Part shown: positions 1-8,917 of the stretch, piece by piece | Numbering within the stretch: position 1 is the first letter of the stretch | Layout: each line of letters starts with the position of its first letter | Source: Candidatus Saccharimonadota bacterium | GTDB taxonomy: Archaea; Micrarchaeota; Micrarchaeia; Micrarchaeales; Micrarchaeaceae | Assembly (NCBI RefSeq): GCF_002214165.1 | Contig: NZ_CP019964.1 | Span: 180,001-212,000 of the forward strand | Direction of reading: 5' to 3' | DNA length: 32,000 nt | The notes under the pieces: model-generated | Seen by the model: only the letters and a program-made list of their open reading frames with translations | Told to the model about the DNA's origin: nothing | Database searches by the model: none | Made by a program: the position numbers and the translations under genes

Positions 1-2
1 GA

Positions 3-914
3 GGGATAACCTCTGGGGTACAGGATATAAATGCCACACTAGTATATGAGAACATGTTTGGGAACAAAACTGTGGAAAATGAGACACTGCCAATAAATGT
101 GCTTATCAACAGCCCTGAAATATCTGTAAGCACAAGCTCATCTGTTCCAGAAACGTTATACTCCGGAGGAAACCAGACTATAACCCTGCTGATAAGCAAC
201 TCTGGATTAGGCACTGCTAAAAATCTGACATTGTCATTGCTCCCAAACCAGAATATAACTTATGGAAGCATGGACAAGTTCTTCATTCCAACACTTGAGC
301 CTGGAAGCTCTAACACAGAGCCAATATACATAAAGTTGGGAAGGGAATTTGAAGGAAACAGCACAAAATTGCCTATAGAGTTGACTTATTCAAATGCGAA
401 TCTGAAAAACTCAACATCAAGAAACTTTAGTATAAATATATCCGTGCAGAAATCTGCAATAATCAATATAGAGAACTTGAGCGATACCCTATTGCCAGGA
501 GCTACAGATGTTCCTGTAACACTGCAGATAAAAAACACCGGAAACGAAGAGGCACAGGAGATGACCCTGAGTTTTGAATCAGTATATCCAATAACCCCGG
601 TAGACTCAAATTCCTATGTAAATGCCTTGCAGCCAGGGCAATCTGTCAACGTGACATTCTATGTTAATGTCGATTCAAAGGCAACTGCAGGATCATACCC
701 CATAACAATATACGAGGAATGGTTGCAGCCCAATGGAGGACCAACCCAAGAATTCTCAGGAACAAACAACTATTATGTGGAGGTATATAGTTCAAGTAAA
801 AAAAGTTCAGCTGATAGTTTTATAAACTACATATACGCTTTAATAATCATAATAGTAGTAATTTACATAATATTCAGAATACTAAAGAGATCTAGCAGTA
901 AAGGTAAAAAATAA
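3..914 (+). CDS. Surface (CARDB / COG1361 S-layer-domain-like) glycoprotein, C-terminal part; 5' end lies outside the window
   Basis: The frame is open from nt 3 to the first ATG at 54 (GITSGVQDINATLVYEN-MFGNK...), so the gene is cut by the window edge. It has two tandem beta-rich modules with a CARDB-like signature (GGNQTITLLISNSGLGTAKNLTLSL and GATDVPVTLQIKNTGNEEAQEMTLSF). It has 11 N-x-S/T sequons, one C-terminal TM helix (FINYIYALIIIIVVIYIIFRIL) and a short basic tail (KRSSSKGKK). Confidence 0.7.
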   Translation, partial: GITSGVQDINATLVYENMFGNKTVENETLPINVLINSPEISVSTSSSVPETLYSGGNQTITLLISNSGLGTAKNLTLSLLPNQNITYGSMDKFFIPTLEPGSSNTEPIYIKLGREFEGNSTKLPIELTYSNANLKNSTSRNFSINISVQKSAIINIENLSDTLLPGATDVPVTLQIKNTGNEEAQEMTLSFESVYPITPVDSNSYVNALQPGQSVNVTFYVNVDSKATAGSYPITIYEEWLQPNGGPTQEFSGTNNYYVEVYSSSKKSSADSFINYIYALIIIIVVIYIIFRILKRSSSKGKK

Positions 915-932
915 CCTGAATCTGGTGAAAAT

Positions 933-1856
933 ATGGTCATGCAAAGAGGTATAAAAGAAGTATTGAAAAATTACAACATGCCACTATGGATAAGCGATTA
1001 CGTAGACGCGTACATCAGGGAGGATCCATTAAATTCAATGAAAAGGGCTACCAGCTTTATAAATGTAAAGCGTAAAAGGGGGTCTGTTACAAGCACATAT
1101 GTAATCTTGCCAAATGGCATTAAATTCAGCATGTCTGACATATCCAAAATCCTTAGCTTGTTCTATTATGGCGAAAAGCAAGTTGAACTGATGGCCGAAA
1201 GCTGGTCATCACGGCCGGATCCGGTGCACGTAAACTATGTAAAGCATTTCATAAATGTGGGCAAAGCAGAAAAAAGGCACCTAAGAGCTATAAAGAACCT
1301 TATGGACGGACTAATGAGAAAGCCTGAGGAACCACCCCAGATTATTAAAGATGTCTTCTCATATATAATGAATCTTGACCAGTGGGAAGAGAGATTTATA
1401 GCACTCTACATGATAATGAGGTACTCCTACAGTGCAATATTCGGCCAGGTATTCTATAAAGTATTCTACTTTGTGATGCCTGAGTTTATGAGGTCTTTTG
1501 GAAAGGTATATATAGATGAAAACGGAGATTTGAAGTGGGCTTTGGAAGAAACACGCAACATGATAAAAAATGGGAGTATTAGCGAAAGCAGGGTTTTGAA
1601 GATATCAGAGGATCTGCTAAGCCTGATTGAGGCTTCAGTAAAATACGAAATCTCTATAACAAAGGATTTGGAAGTCGAAAAAGAAATAAGGCTTATGCTC
1701 AAGGTTGCAATTGCTTACCCATTGCATGAACTAAAGGACCTAGGCGTAAATGTGGATATCAAGAAGGAGGAATCAACGATAGATACGCTTTCAGATAACC
1801 TTCTAAAGCAAAATAATAAAAACGAGCAAGATAAGGCAGTGCCTACAAAAATTTAA
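933..1856 (+). CDS. Hypothetical protein (307 aa), no family recognised
   Basis: The ATG at 933 is preceded by GGTGA (924-928) with a 4-nt spacer. It lies 18 nt after the upstream stop on the same strand, so it is probably co-transcribed with the surface-protein gene. The sequence looks mostly helical, with an aromatic-rich segment (FIALYMIMRYSYSAIFGQVFYKVFYFVMPEF) and a K/E/N-rich tail. Confidence 0.6.
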   Translation: MVMQRGIKEVLKNYNMPLWISDYVDAYIREDPLNSMKRATSFINVKRKRGSVTSTYVILPNGIKFSMSDISKILSLFYYGEKQVELMAESWSSRPDPVHVNYVKHFINVGKAEKRHLRAIKNLMDGLMRKPEEPPQIIKDVFSYIMNLDQWEERFIALYMIMRYSYSAIFGQVFYKVFYFVMPEFMRSFGKVYIDENGDLKWALEETRNMIKNGSISESRVLKISEDLLSLIEASVKYEISITKDLEVEKEIRLMLKVAIAYPLHELKDLGVNVDIKKEESTIDTLSDNLLKQNNKNEQDKAVPTKI

Positions 1857-1904
1857 ATAGGTTATTATTGCAATTAATAATAAGCATCAAATAGAGATGA
1901 TAGA

Positions 1905-2237
1905 ATGGCAGACGAAATGAACGTAGCAAACGATGAAACAAGAACTGAAGAAGAAGGCAGAAAAACAAATGAAACAAATATTGTCTATATAGGAAAGAAG
2001 CCTACAATGAACTATGTATTAGCGGTAGTTACGCAGTTCAACAATGGCATGAATGAGGTTTCTATAAAAGCAAGAGGGAATTCAATATCAAAAGCTGTTG
2101 ATGTAAAAGAGATAGTCATAAACAAGTTCCTGACAGATGTAAAGCAGAAAGATATCTCTACTGCATCCGAAGAGCTGACAAATGAAGATGGCAGCAAATC
2201 TAAAGTGAGCTCCATAAACATAACTCTTATGAAATAA
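1905..2237 (+). CDS. albA: Alba (Sso10b-family) DNA/RNA-binding chromatin protein
   Basis: IVYIGKKPTMNYVLAVVTQFNNGMNEVSIKARGNSISKAVDVKEIVINKF matches the Alba core as I remember it (..VLIGKKPVMNYVLA...IKARGRAISKAVD..EIV.N.F). GATGAT lies 3 nt upstream of the ATG. The protein has a roughly 25-aa acidic N-terminal extension. Confidence 0.9.
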   Translation: MADEMNVANDETRTEEEGRKTNETNIVYIGKKPTMNYVLAVVTQFNNGMNEVSIKARGNSISKAVDVKEIVINKFLTDVKQKDISTASEELTNEDGSKSKVSSINITLMK

Positions 2238-2296
2238 CTCTCTAGAGTAAAGGATTATTTTTAATATTTTTCAAATGCCTTAAATTAAGTGATTTT

Positions 2297-3586
2297 TTGA
2301 TTCGATCTAATTATGTATCTGAGATAACGCAGGAGATGGATAACCAAAAGGTAACTTTAGCAGGATGGGTACATGAAGTCAGAAAGTTGAAAAATGTAAC
2401 ATTCCTACTTCTCCGTGATATCACCGGCATCATACAGGTTACAGGAAAAGCAGGCACTTGCGATAAAAATATAATCGAGTCAATGGATATACCAAAAGAA
2501 AGTGTAATATCAGTAGAAGGGATTGTCAAGATCAATCCAGAAGCAAAGATTGGGTTTGAGATAATACCAACAAAGATAACCAACTTAAATCCAATAAGCA
2601 AGGTCATACCATTTGAAACGACGGGAAAGGTTCCTGCAGAGCTTGATACAAGATTGGACTATAGGTATATAGACCTAAGGCGGCTTCAAACAGAAGCGAT
2701 CTTTAAAATAGAATCTACCATACTAAACTCTTTCAGAAATTTCCTATATAATAAAGGATTTAATGAGATACGGACATCTTCCATAGTGGCTGAAGCTACA
2801 GAGGGAGGTGCGGATTTATTCCCATTGCAGTATTTCGAAGAAAAGGCATATTTGGCCCAATCTCCTCAGCTGTATAAGCAAATGGCAGTTATCGGAGGAT
2901 TGGATAAGGTATTCATGATAATGCCAGTTTACAGGGCGGAAAAATCAAATGATCTGTATCACCTCAACGAGATAACACAGATGGATGTCGAGATTGGATT
3001 TTCGGACTACAATGACGCAGAAAAGCTTCTAAAAGATACCTTGGAGTTCATAATTAGCGAAGTAGTAAGAAGGAATGACAGTGATTTAAAGGTATTAGGC
3101 ATTGAGCTTAAAGTGCCTGAAACAAAAGTAATAGAGTATGCAGAAGTAGTAAAGAAGCTGAAAGAGAAAGGCGAAAGCATAGAATTTGGCGACGATTTCT
3201 CCAGAGAGCACGAAAAAGCGATAGAGAAGTATTTTGGCGAATCCGTTCTGGTGACCGAATTCCCGACTAAAGTAAGGGCCTTCTACTCAATGCCAAACGA
3301 GAACAATAAAGAGCTAAGCCATAGCTACGATCTAATATATAAAGGAATGGAGATATCAAGCGGTGCACAGAGGATACATATAGCTGATATGCTTGTGGAC
3401 GCCATAAAAGAAAGAGGAATGGATCCCAACAACTTCAAATCCTATGTAGACGCATTTAGATGTGGTGCGCCGCCTCACGCCGGATGGAGCATAGGGCTGG
3501 AGAGACTGGCAATGCAGATAACGGGAATGAAGAACATAAGGGAATGCGCAATGTTCCCAAGGGACAGGAAAAGGATTTCACCTTAA
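2297..3586 (+). CDS. aspS: Aspartyl-tRNA synthetase, archaeal type
   Basis: The N-terminus (M)IRSNYVSEITQEMDNQKVTLAGWVHEVRKL matches the archaeal AspRS N-terminus (MYRTHYSSEIT...GWV). The class II core contains VYRAEKS, and the C-terminus reads GAPPHAGWSIGLERL...FPRDRKRISP. The TTG start at 2297 is preceded by GTGAT (2289-2293) with a 3-nt spacer. Confidence 0.93.
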   Translation: MIRSNYVSEITQEMDNQKVTLAGWVHEVRKLKNVTFLLLRDITGIIQVTGKAGTCDKNIIESMDIPKESVISVEGIVKINPEAKIGFEIIPTKITNLNPISKVIPFETTGKVPAELDTRLDYRYIDLRRLQTEAIFKIESTILNSFRNFLYNKGFNEIRTSSIVAEATEGGADLFPLQYFEEKAYLAQSPQLYKQMAVIGGLDKVFMIMPVYRAEKSNDLYHLNEITQMDVEIGFSDYNDAEKLLKDTLEFIISEVVRRNDSDLKVLGIELKVPETKVIEYAEVVKKLKEKGESIEFGDDFSREHEKAIEKYFGESVLVTEFPTKVRAFYSMPNENNKELSHSYDLIYKGMEISSGAQRIHIADMLVDAIKERGMDPNNFKSYVDAFRCGAPPHAGWSIGLERLAMQITGMKNIRECAMFPRDRKRISP

Positions 3587-3604
3587 ATATACTCCGGAAT
3601 AATA

Positions 3605-4279
3605 TCATTTATCTTTTGACATAAATTTAAAGTCTATCGCAAGCAGTTTTAATCCGTCAAGTAATTTAAGCTGGTTTGAGTGCCCCCCTTTCCTTTTATG
3701 GTAACTTATAGGTATCTCTTTGGTGACATATCCTTTTTTGTGCATTTTGATGTTTATCTCGCTCTCGATTCCAAACCCCTGTTCATAAAGATTAAGTGTC
3801 TTCAATGAGGAAACCTTTATCACTCTAAGCCCAGTTTGTGAATCCTTAAGGTGCATTCCATAAATAAGATTCGCAGTCTGTGTGATAACCCAATTTCCAA
3901 ACTTTATATATGAAGGCATAGCTCCATGTTCACTGGCAATCCTTCTCCCAATAATCATGTCTCCTCCTTTACGTATCAGATTGATTGCCTTCCTTAAGTC
4001 CTTTACATCATAGGTTCCGTCTGTATCTATAAGCCCTACAAATTTAGTCCTTATAGATTTGAATGCATATATGCACGCATTACCTTTCCCATTACCATTT
4101 TGCTTTAAAAATATCACATTAGGTTTCTTACTGCCATACTTCTTCAAATCATTAACATTCCCAGAATAAGCTATTATTATTTTAGAATGGGGCAAAGAGC
4201 TTATCACTTCACCCAAAACCTCCTTTGCATAAGGTTCGTTTTTTACAGGCAATATAATTGTCGTATCCGAATAGTCCAC
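3605..4279 (-). CDS. Family-2 glycosyltransferase (dolichyl-phosphate hexose synthase-like)
   Basis: GT2 signatures are present: TTIILPVKNEP..., GKGNA, LIDTDGTYDV, and a C-terminal amphipathic region. The ORF track starts at a TTG at 4348, which would overlap the upstream YceI gene by 56 nt. I prefer the in-frame GTG at 4279, which is preceded by GTGAT (4283-4287 on the minus strand) with a 3-nt spacer. That start gives (M)DYSDTTIILPVKNE, a typical GT2 N-terminus. Confidence 0.8.
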   Translation of the reverse strand: MDYSDTTIILPVKNEPYAKEVLGEVISSLPHSKIIIAYSGNVNDLKKYGSKKPNVIFLKQNGNGKGNACIYAFKSIRTKFVGLIDTDGTYDVKDLRKAINLIRKGGDMIIGRRIASEHGAMPSYIKFGNWVITQTANLIYGMHLKDSQTGLRVIKVSSLKTLNLYEQGFGIESEINIKMHKKGYVTKEIPISYHKRKGGHSNQLKLLDGLKLLAIDFKFMSKDK

Positions 4280-4292
4280 AGAATCACAAAAT

Positions 4293-4793
4293 TTATTTAA
4301 GGAATTTAAAGACACCGGATACCTTTGCAGTATTTGATATAATCCCAAAACGATCTAAAAACGTTTTTGTCCTTAATCCAAAATCACTTCTCTTGAGATC
4401 AGTATTGAAATTTATTACGACTCCTGATTCATCTTCCTTATAATTGACATCTAAATGTATCTCCTTAGTTATATCCTTAATTGTCATATCTCCCTTCACA
4501 TGAAGTACTCCTTCGCTTTTCTTTTCTACTTTTGTCGATACAAAGTTGGCGTTAGGGTACTTTGGGGCGTTGAAAAATTCTTCCTTGGTTATCAAGTGCT
4601 TAGTAAGCATAGGTATACCAGCATCAAGGCTGCTAATGTCAACAGACAGATTGGCTTTCAACGAATTAATATCACCAGTATTGCCCTCCATAACTAATTC
4701 AAATTTTGAGAAAGAGCCATTAAACTGTGAAAATGTATGCCTTACTGTAAAATTTATCTTAGAATCGGGATAACTTAATTTATTCAGCTCCAT
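4293..4793 (-). CDS. YceI-like polyisoprenoid/lipid-binding protein
   Basis: The YceI pattern is present: INFTVRHTFSQFNGSFSKFE..., ...SLDAGIPMLTKHLITKEEFFNAPKYPNANF... and VLHVKGDMTIKDITKEIHLDV. Confidence 0.8.
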   Translation of the reverse strand: MELNKLSYPDSKINFTVRHTFSQFNGSFSKFELVMEGNTGDINSLKANLSVDISSLDAGIPMLTKHLITKEEFFNAPKYPNANFVSTKVEKKSEGVLHVKGDMTIKDITKEIHLDVNYKEDESGVVINFNTDLKRSDFGLRTKTFLDRFGIISNTAKVSGVFKFLK

Positions 4794-4932
4794 AAAATCA
4801 AGTATATTAATGAAGTTTAATTTTTAAATAGTTATCCTTAAAATGGCCTTTCGCAGCATTGAATGATAAAATTGCAGTTTTTATCTCTAAATTTTGGGAA
4901 AAATTTATATTATATTGTCCCTAATCTAGAAT

Positions 4933-5553
4933 ATGGTATCATATAAGGTAATAGAAAACAAAAAGGGGCTTCCCAAAAAATTGGACAACTACGTAATGTC
5001 GGCAATTGCATATGCTCTGCCTTCATATATAAAATTTCTTCTGCCAATGCCCCTTAAAGATGGTTCTATTATAGAATCTGATAACAAGGATGTATATATA
5101 GATGGCAAAAAAGTGGGTAATGTGCTTCTTTATAAATCCGGGCTGGATGTCTCAATCAGCCATGAATTTGATATTAAATATGCGGGAGGATATTCATTGG
5201 ATGGTAAAACAATTTACATATCAGCGAACATGCCACCTGAAATTATGATAGGCAATACTAAGGTAAGCCTTCTCGAAAGCATAGGCCGCCACCATGAACT
5301 TCCTGAAAAATGGCTTCTTGATGATGACTATGAATATCCCTATGCACACGAGATAGCCACAAATATAGAGAGAGAATACGCAGAGTCACTAGGGATTAAT
5401 TGGGACAGCTATAATTTGGAAGTTGATAAATTGTTAAGGGAAAATTACAAGTGCAAGCTCAAGAAGAGCCCTCCAAACTTGGACCTATCGCCTTATATCT
5501 ATTCTCATGATGACGAAACAATCAAAGAGATAAGGTCATCAACTCCAATATAA
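4933..5553 (+). CDS. Hypothetical protein (206 aa)
   Basis: A long ORF with coding-like composition. TTTATATT (4904-4911) lies about 25 nt upstream of the ATG and there is no SD, which suggests a leaderless transcript. I recognised no family. It contains GRHHELPEKW and YPYAHEIATNIEREYAE. Confidence 0.6.
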   Translation: MVSYKVIENKKGLPKKLDNYVMSAIAYALPSYIKFLLPMPLKDGSIIESDNKDVYIDGKKVGNVLLYKSGLDVSISHEFDIKYAGGYSLDGKTIYISANMPPEIMIGNTKVSLLESIGRHHELPEKWLLDDDYEYPYAHEIATNIEREYAESLGINWDSYNLEVDKLLRENYKCKLKKSPPNLDLSPYIYSHDDETIKEIRSSTPI

Positions 5554-5555
5554 AG

Positions 5556-6377
5556 TTATAACCATTTGATCAGCTTGGCCTGCAGATTTCTATTGTTCAG
5601 CATTCCAAGCCCCATATGCCTGTACCTGGGGAATAAGTTTAGTTCAGCATCACAGCCAAAGAACTTCAAGCTGTAAAAAAAGTCAACAGAGCTTAAGTAA
5701 TTGACGCTTCTATCTAGTTTTCCGTGCCAAAGTGCCACTCTCTTGCTTTTAAGTTCATGCATATGCCTTAAAGGGTTGATATCAAGCTTACCTTCATTTA
5801 AAAGTTTTACATCTTTTTTGTCAAACTTCCAAGTAAATTTCTGCAATTTCGATAATAAATCCATGGTTGAATCTACGGATTCATTTCCATAATATTCCAT
5901 AAATTTTTTAGAATAATCGGTGACAGGAGCAATAGCCAGAACGGAATCTACAGAATATGACTTAGCAGCCGCAACTAGGACAACGCTTCCGCCAAAGCTG
6001 GCACCTATCAGTGTTACATGCTCTATATCAAGGGAGACAGGACTAGAAGAAATCAAATCAGTACATTTATTCTCCTTGATTCCGGAAGCAACAACGGCCA
6101 AGCTTGTAGCGGCATTTTCAAAATTGAATCTGCCAGAGCTGTCAAAAGTGCCAAGATACTCAGGTATACCAACGGAAAAGCCCAGCTTAACCAGTTTTAT
6201 TATATACCCATCAGATATCTTAGGCGGAAATCCGGGCATTCCATATGCAAGCAAGACAAGTTTTCCGTTGGTGTTGCTCTTGTTGTATAGGATAGTAGCA
6301 AGTACTCCCTTATATCTTATAAGATAAGTTCCCAGCCAGTCTCCTGTCGCCATAATACACAAACCCATTAATTTCAA
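5556..6377 (-). CDS. Alpha/beta-fold hydrolase (serine hydrolase, DLH/S9-like)
   Basis: The nucleophile elbow is VTLIGASFGGSVV (G-x-S-x-G). A candidate Asp lies in LWHGKLDRSV and a candidate His in RYRHMG. The TTG at 6377 overlaps the map stop codon (TTGA), which suggests an operon. In-frame ATGs at 6368 and 6353 are alternative starts. Confidence 0.75.
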   Translation of the reverse strand: MKLMGLCIMATGDWLGTYLIRYKGVLATILYNKSNTNGKLVLLAYGMPGFPPKISDGYIIKLVKLGFSVGIPEYLGTFDSSGRFNFENAATSLAVVASGIKENKCTDLISSSPVSLDIEHVTLIGASFGGSVVLVAAAKSYSVDSVLAIAPVTDYSKKFMEYYGNESVDSTMDLLSKLQKFTWKFDKKDVKLLNEGKLDINPLRHMHELKSKRVALWHGKLDRSVNYLSSVDFFYSLKFFGCDAELNLFPRYRHMGLGMLNNRNLQAKLIKWL

Positions 6378-7303
6378 ATCTTAGTCAAAACCTTACAGCT
6401 ATCCTTTTCTACCAAGAGCTCAAATTCCGTCTGGGCTACCATTCCGCGGCTAACCTCTGCGAGTACAGGATATGAATCCAGTGCCCCTATTTTCTCCAAT
6501 TCTCTTATGCCTGAATATAGTTCAAACTTTGATTTCATCCCTTCTGAAAGCCATCTTGCGGCAAACGGCTCGCTTGGGTATTTTTCCATTATACTGCTCA
6601 ATACATGCCTTGCCGCAGGAAGGCGGGGCGATATGTTATCCGAGAAACTATAAATTTCAGCCACATCCGTTTCTGTAACCAAACCTCTACTCTGCTTAAG
6701 CGTAGCAAATGGCTCTATAGCTATACGCCTTCCCTCTTCAAGTTCTGCATCGTCACCATTATCATAATTTGGGATGAATGGTTCTGCGTGCAGCTCATGC
6801 AAGTTAACTCCATGTCCTCCAAGGTTCTCTATGGGCCTGAACCCCAATCTTTCAAATGTGCTATTAATCTCCTTCCCTATCTCTTTTACTTTCCTTCCTG
6901 CCCTTACAATGCTGACCGCATTTTCCAAAGCTTCCTTGGTGGCATCAACGAGTTTGCCATACTCCCCAGACAGATCTACAGTCAATGCACAATCACCCAG
7001 ATAACCATTTTTAGCCGCGCCGAAATCTACTTTCACAAGATCCTTTTCACCAAAAACCTTGTCGTCCATATAACTTGGTGTATAATGTGCAGCTTCGTTG
7101 TCTATCGAAAGGTTTAAAGGAAACGCAACTTCATAACCTTTGCCTATAACATAAGACTCCGTAGCTTCAGCAACATCAAGCAATTTTACTCCGGGCTTAA
7201 TCATATCTCTTGCTTTCAAGAGTGCTTCATAAGATATTTTACATACTTCTTCTGCCAGATTTTCATCTTCTTCTATCGTGTTATCCAAATTTGATTTATC
7301 CAT
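6374..7303 (-). CDS. map: Methionine aminopeptidase, type 2 (archaeal)
   Basis: The pita-bread fold metal-ligand contexts are present: AHYTP, VKVDFGA, GDCALT, GGHGV, IAIEPF, AQTEFE. I moved the start to the ATG at 7303 (MDKSNLD...), which has AGGTAA 5 nt upstream. The 11-codon ORF-track extension (MLWLIVLKVIV) looks non-native. Confidence 0.9.
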   Translation of the reverse strand: MDKSNLDNTIEEDENLAEEVCKISYEALLKARDMIKPGVKLLDVAEATESYVIGKGYEVAFPLNLSIDNEAAHYTPSYMDDKVFGEKDLVKVDFGAAKNGYLGDCALTVDLSGEYGKLVDATKEALENAVSIVRAGRKVKEIGKEINSTFERLGFRPIENLGGHGVNLHELHAEPFIPNYDNGDDAELEEGRRIAIEPFATLKQSRGLVTETDVAEIYSFSDNISPRLPAARHVLSSIMEKYPSEPFAARWLSEGMKSKFELYSGIRELEKIGALDSYPVLAEVSRGMVAQTEFELLVEKDSCKVLTKI

Positions 7304-7413
7304 GACTATTACCTTTAAAACTATGAGCCATAACATGTTGCTATTGCCACAGATATTTAAAATAATAAAATCTAAATGCCTTTGTAGCTCTCATATGAAG
7401 GTTAGTTGCAGAC

Positions 7414-8880
7414 ATGATTATGGAAAGTTCAAAATACCTTTACCAATCAAATATAAGTGGTTTGATGCCCCACCAAGAATTATCCTACGAAGATAAAAAG
7501 AAATTAGAGAATCTGTCAAAGTTATCAAAGCTATTCATAGAGAGAGTCAGACCCACAAAAACCGAAATCCTGAATATAAACAAATACTCAAGCGAATTGA
7601 TAGACAGGCTTAAGAAAGTTCTTCCGGAAAATGTAGAGATCACATTAGCAGGTTCAACTGCCCACGGGACTCAGGTAAAAGGAAGTTCAGACATAGACAT
7701 ATTCATGCTTTTCCCACGCTCAAGTAACGAACGGGCAATGGAGGAGGAAGCAATCAAACTCTCAAAGAATATAGTAAGAGAAAAGGAGGGGGAGAAGTAC
7801 GAGATAAAATATGCGGAGCATCCATATCTGAAGCTTATAAACGAAAGCAAAAATATAACTGCGGATATAGTTCCGGCATTTAAGATAGGCAATGCAAAAG
7901 AGCTTATAACTGCGGTTGATAGGACCCCTCTACACAACAAATTCATTGCATCGCACTTAAGCAAGGAAATGAAAGATGATGTCAGATTGCTGAAATACTT
8001 TTTGAAAATGAATAAAATATATGGTGCGGAATCCAAAACCCATAGCTTTTCAGGATACGAATGTGAAATCCTGGTATATTTCTATGGATCCTTCCCAAAT
8101 ACAATAATGGGATTATCAAATATAAAGCTACCCTTGGTAATAGATGTTAAAAACAGAAAGTTCCTAGAAGATGATTCCAGAACAGAGTATATTAAGAGGC
8201 TCAATTCGAATTTTATAATAATAGATCCAACAGACCCAAATAGAAATGTTGCCGCAAGTACAAGCCCTGATTCATTAGCAAAAATTATACTTATATCAAG
8301 AAGGCTATTGTCCAACCCAACCGAGTACAACCTTCTAGGCATGCACGGGAAAAGCAGTTTTAGGTCAATAAGGGAAATGCTGAAAAACTATAATCTATCA
8401 ATATATGCAATATCAATCAATGTATCCAAGGAGATTCACGAAGATACTCTGTGGCCGCAGATAATCAAGCTGGAAAATCAATTATCATCGGAATTTTTAA
8501 AGTTTGGGTTTAACCCTATAATCTCCTTGGACGGGATTGAAAGGAACAAAGCATACCTTTCATTTATATTTGAGAAAACTACAAAGAGCATTAATCTGCT
8601 GAAAGGTCCTGAGGTATTCATAAATGGCGGAGCTGAAAAATTTTACGAGAAACACAGAGAATTAGGAGAAGTATTTATTAGAGGATACAATCTTTATGCA
8701 ATAGAGAAATCCAAGCTGCATACCCCAATTGAAGTCCTAAACGAATTAAACATTAATGGAAAGATTAAGATAAAGGATATGAAGGAAGGCAGTGAAATTA
8801 AAATATTCACAGAGAAAAATATTCCAAAAGAAATGGATTCCATAATCTTAAAGAACTTTATAGACAAGACAACTTTATAA
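7414..8880 (+). CDS. cca: CCA-adding enzyme (class I archaeal tRNA nucleotidyltransferase)
   Basis: LAGSTAHGTQVKGSSDIDIFMLF is the class I polymerase-beta-type signature, followed by ADIVPAF, DRTPLHNKF and SGYECEIL. AAGGT lies upstream of ATG 7414. The start could instead be ATG 7420 or the Met of MPHQ. Confidence 0.88.
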   Translation: MIMESSKYLYQSNISGLMPHQELSYEDKKKLENLSKLSKLFIERVRPTKTEILNINKYSSELIDRLKKVLPENVEITLAGSTAHGTQVKGSSDIDIFMLFPRSSNERAMEEEAIKLSKNIVREKEGEKYEIKYAEHPYLKLINESKNITADIVPAFKIGNAKELITAVDRTPLHNKFIASHLSKEMKDDVRLLKYFLKMNKIYGAESKTHSFSGYECEILVYFYGSFPNTIMGLSNIKLPLVIDVKNRKFLEDDSRTEYIKRLNSNFIIIDPTDPNRNVAASTSPDSLAKIILISRRLLSNPTEYNLLGMHGKSSFRSIREMLKNYNLSIYAISINVSKEIHEDTLWPQIIKLENQLSSEFLKFGFNPIISLDGIERNKAYLSFIFEKTTKSINLLKGPEVFINGGAEKFYEKHRELGEVFIRGYNLYAIEKSKLHTPIEVLNELNINGKIKIKDMKEGSEIKIFTEKNIPKEMDSIILKNFIDKTTL

Positions 8881-8917
8881 ACTAATAAAAGATGTAAGTT
8901 GACAAAGTCTAGCGGTC

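Noticed and set aside
933-1856. A possible ferritin-like di-iron four-helix bundle (E...AEKRH, then WEE...PEFMR with roughly 28-31-residue spacings)
   Set aside because: Only one ExxH is present. The second would be ExxR, and the spacings are off from the roughly 33 residues of the classical motif. This is too weak to call without a profile search.
4293-4348. An apparent 56-nt overlap between the YceI gene end and the GT2 gene start
   Set aside because: This is an artefact of extending the GT2 ORF to the first TTG. The in-frame GTG at 4279 has a GTGAT SD with a 3-nt spacer, gives a normal GT2 N-terminus and removes the overlap.
5701-6327. Plus-strand ORFs (63, 135 and 90 aa) opposite the alpha/beta hydrolase gene. 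Similar small ORFs lie opposite aspS, map, cca, the helicase, infB, aCPSF1 and others.
   Set aside because: All are nested antisense or out of frame within longer ORFs that carry recognisable family motifs. I treat them as shadow ORFs.
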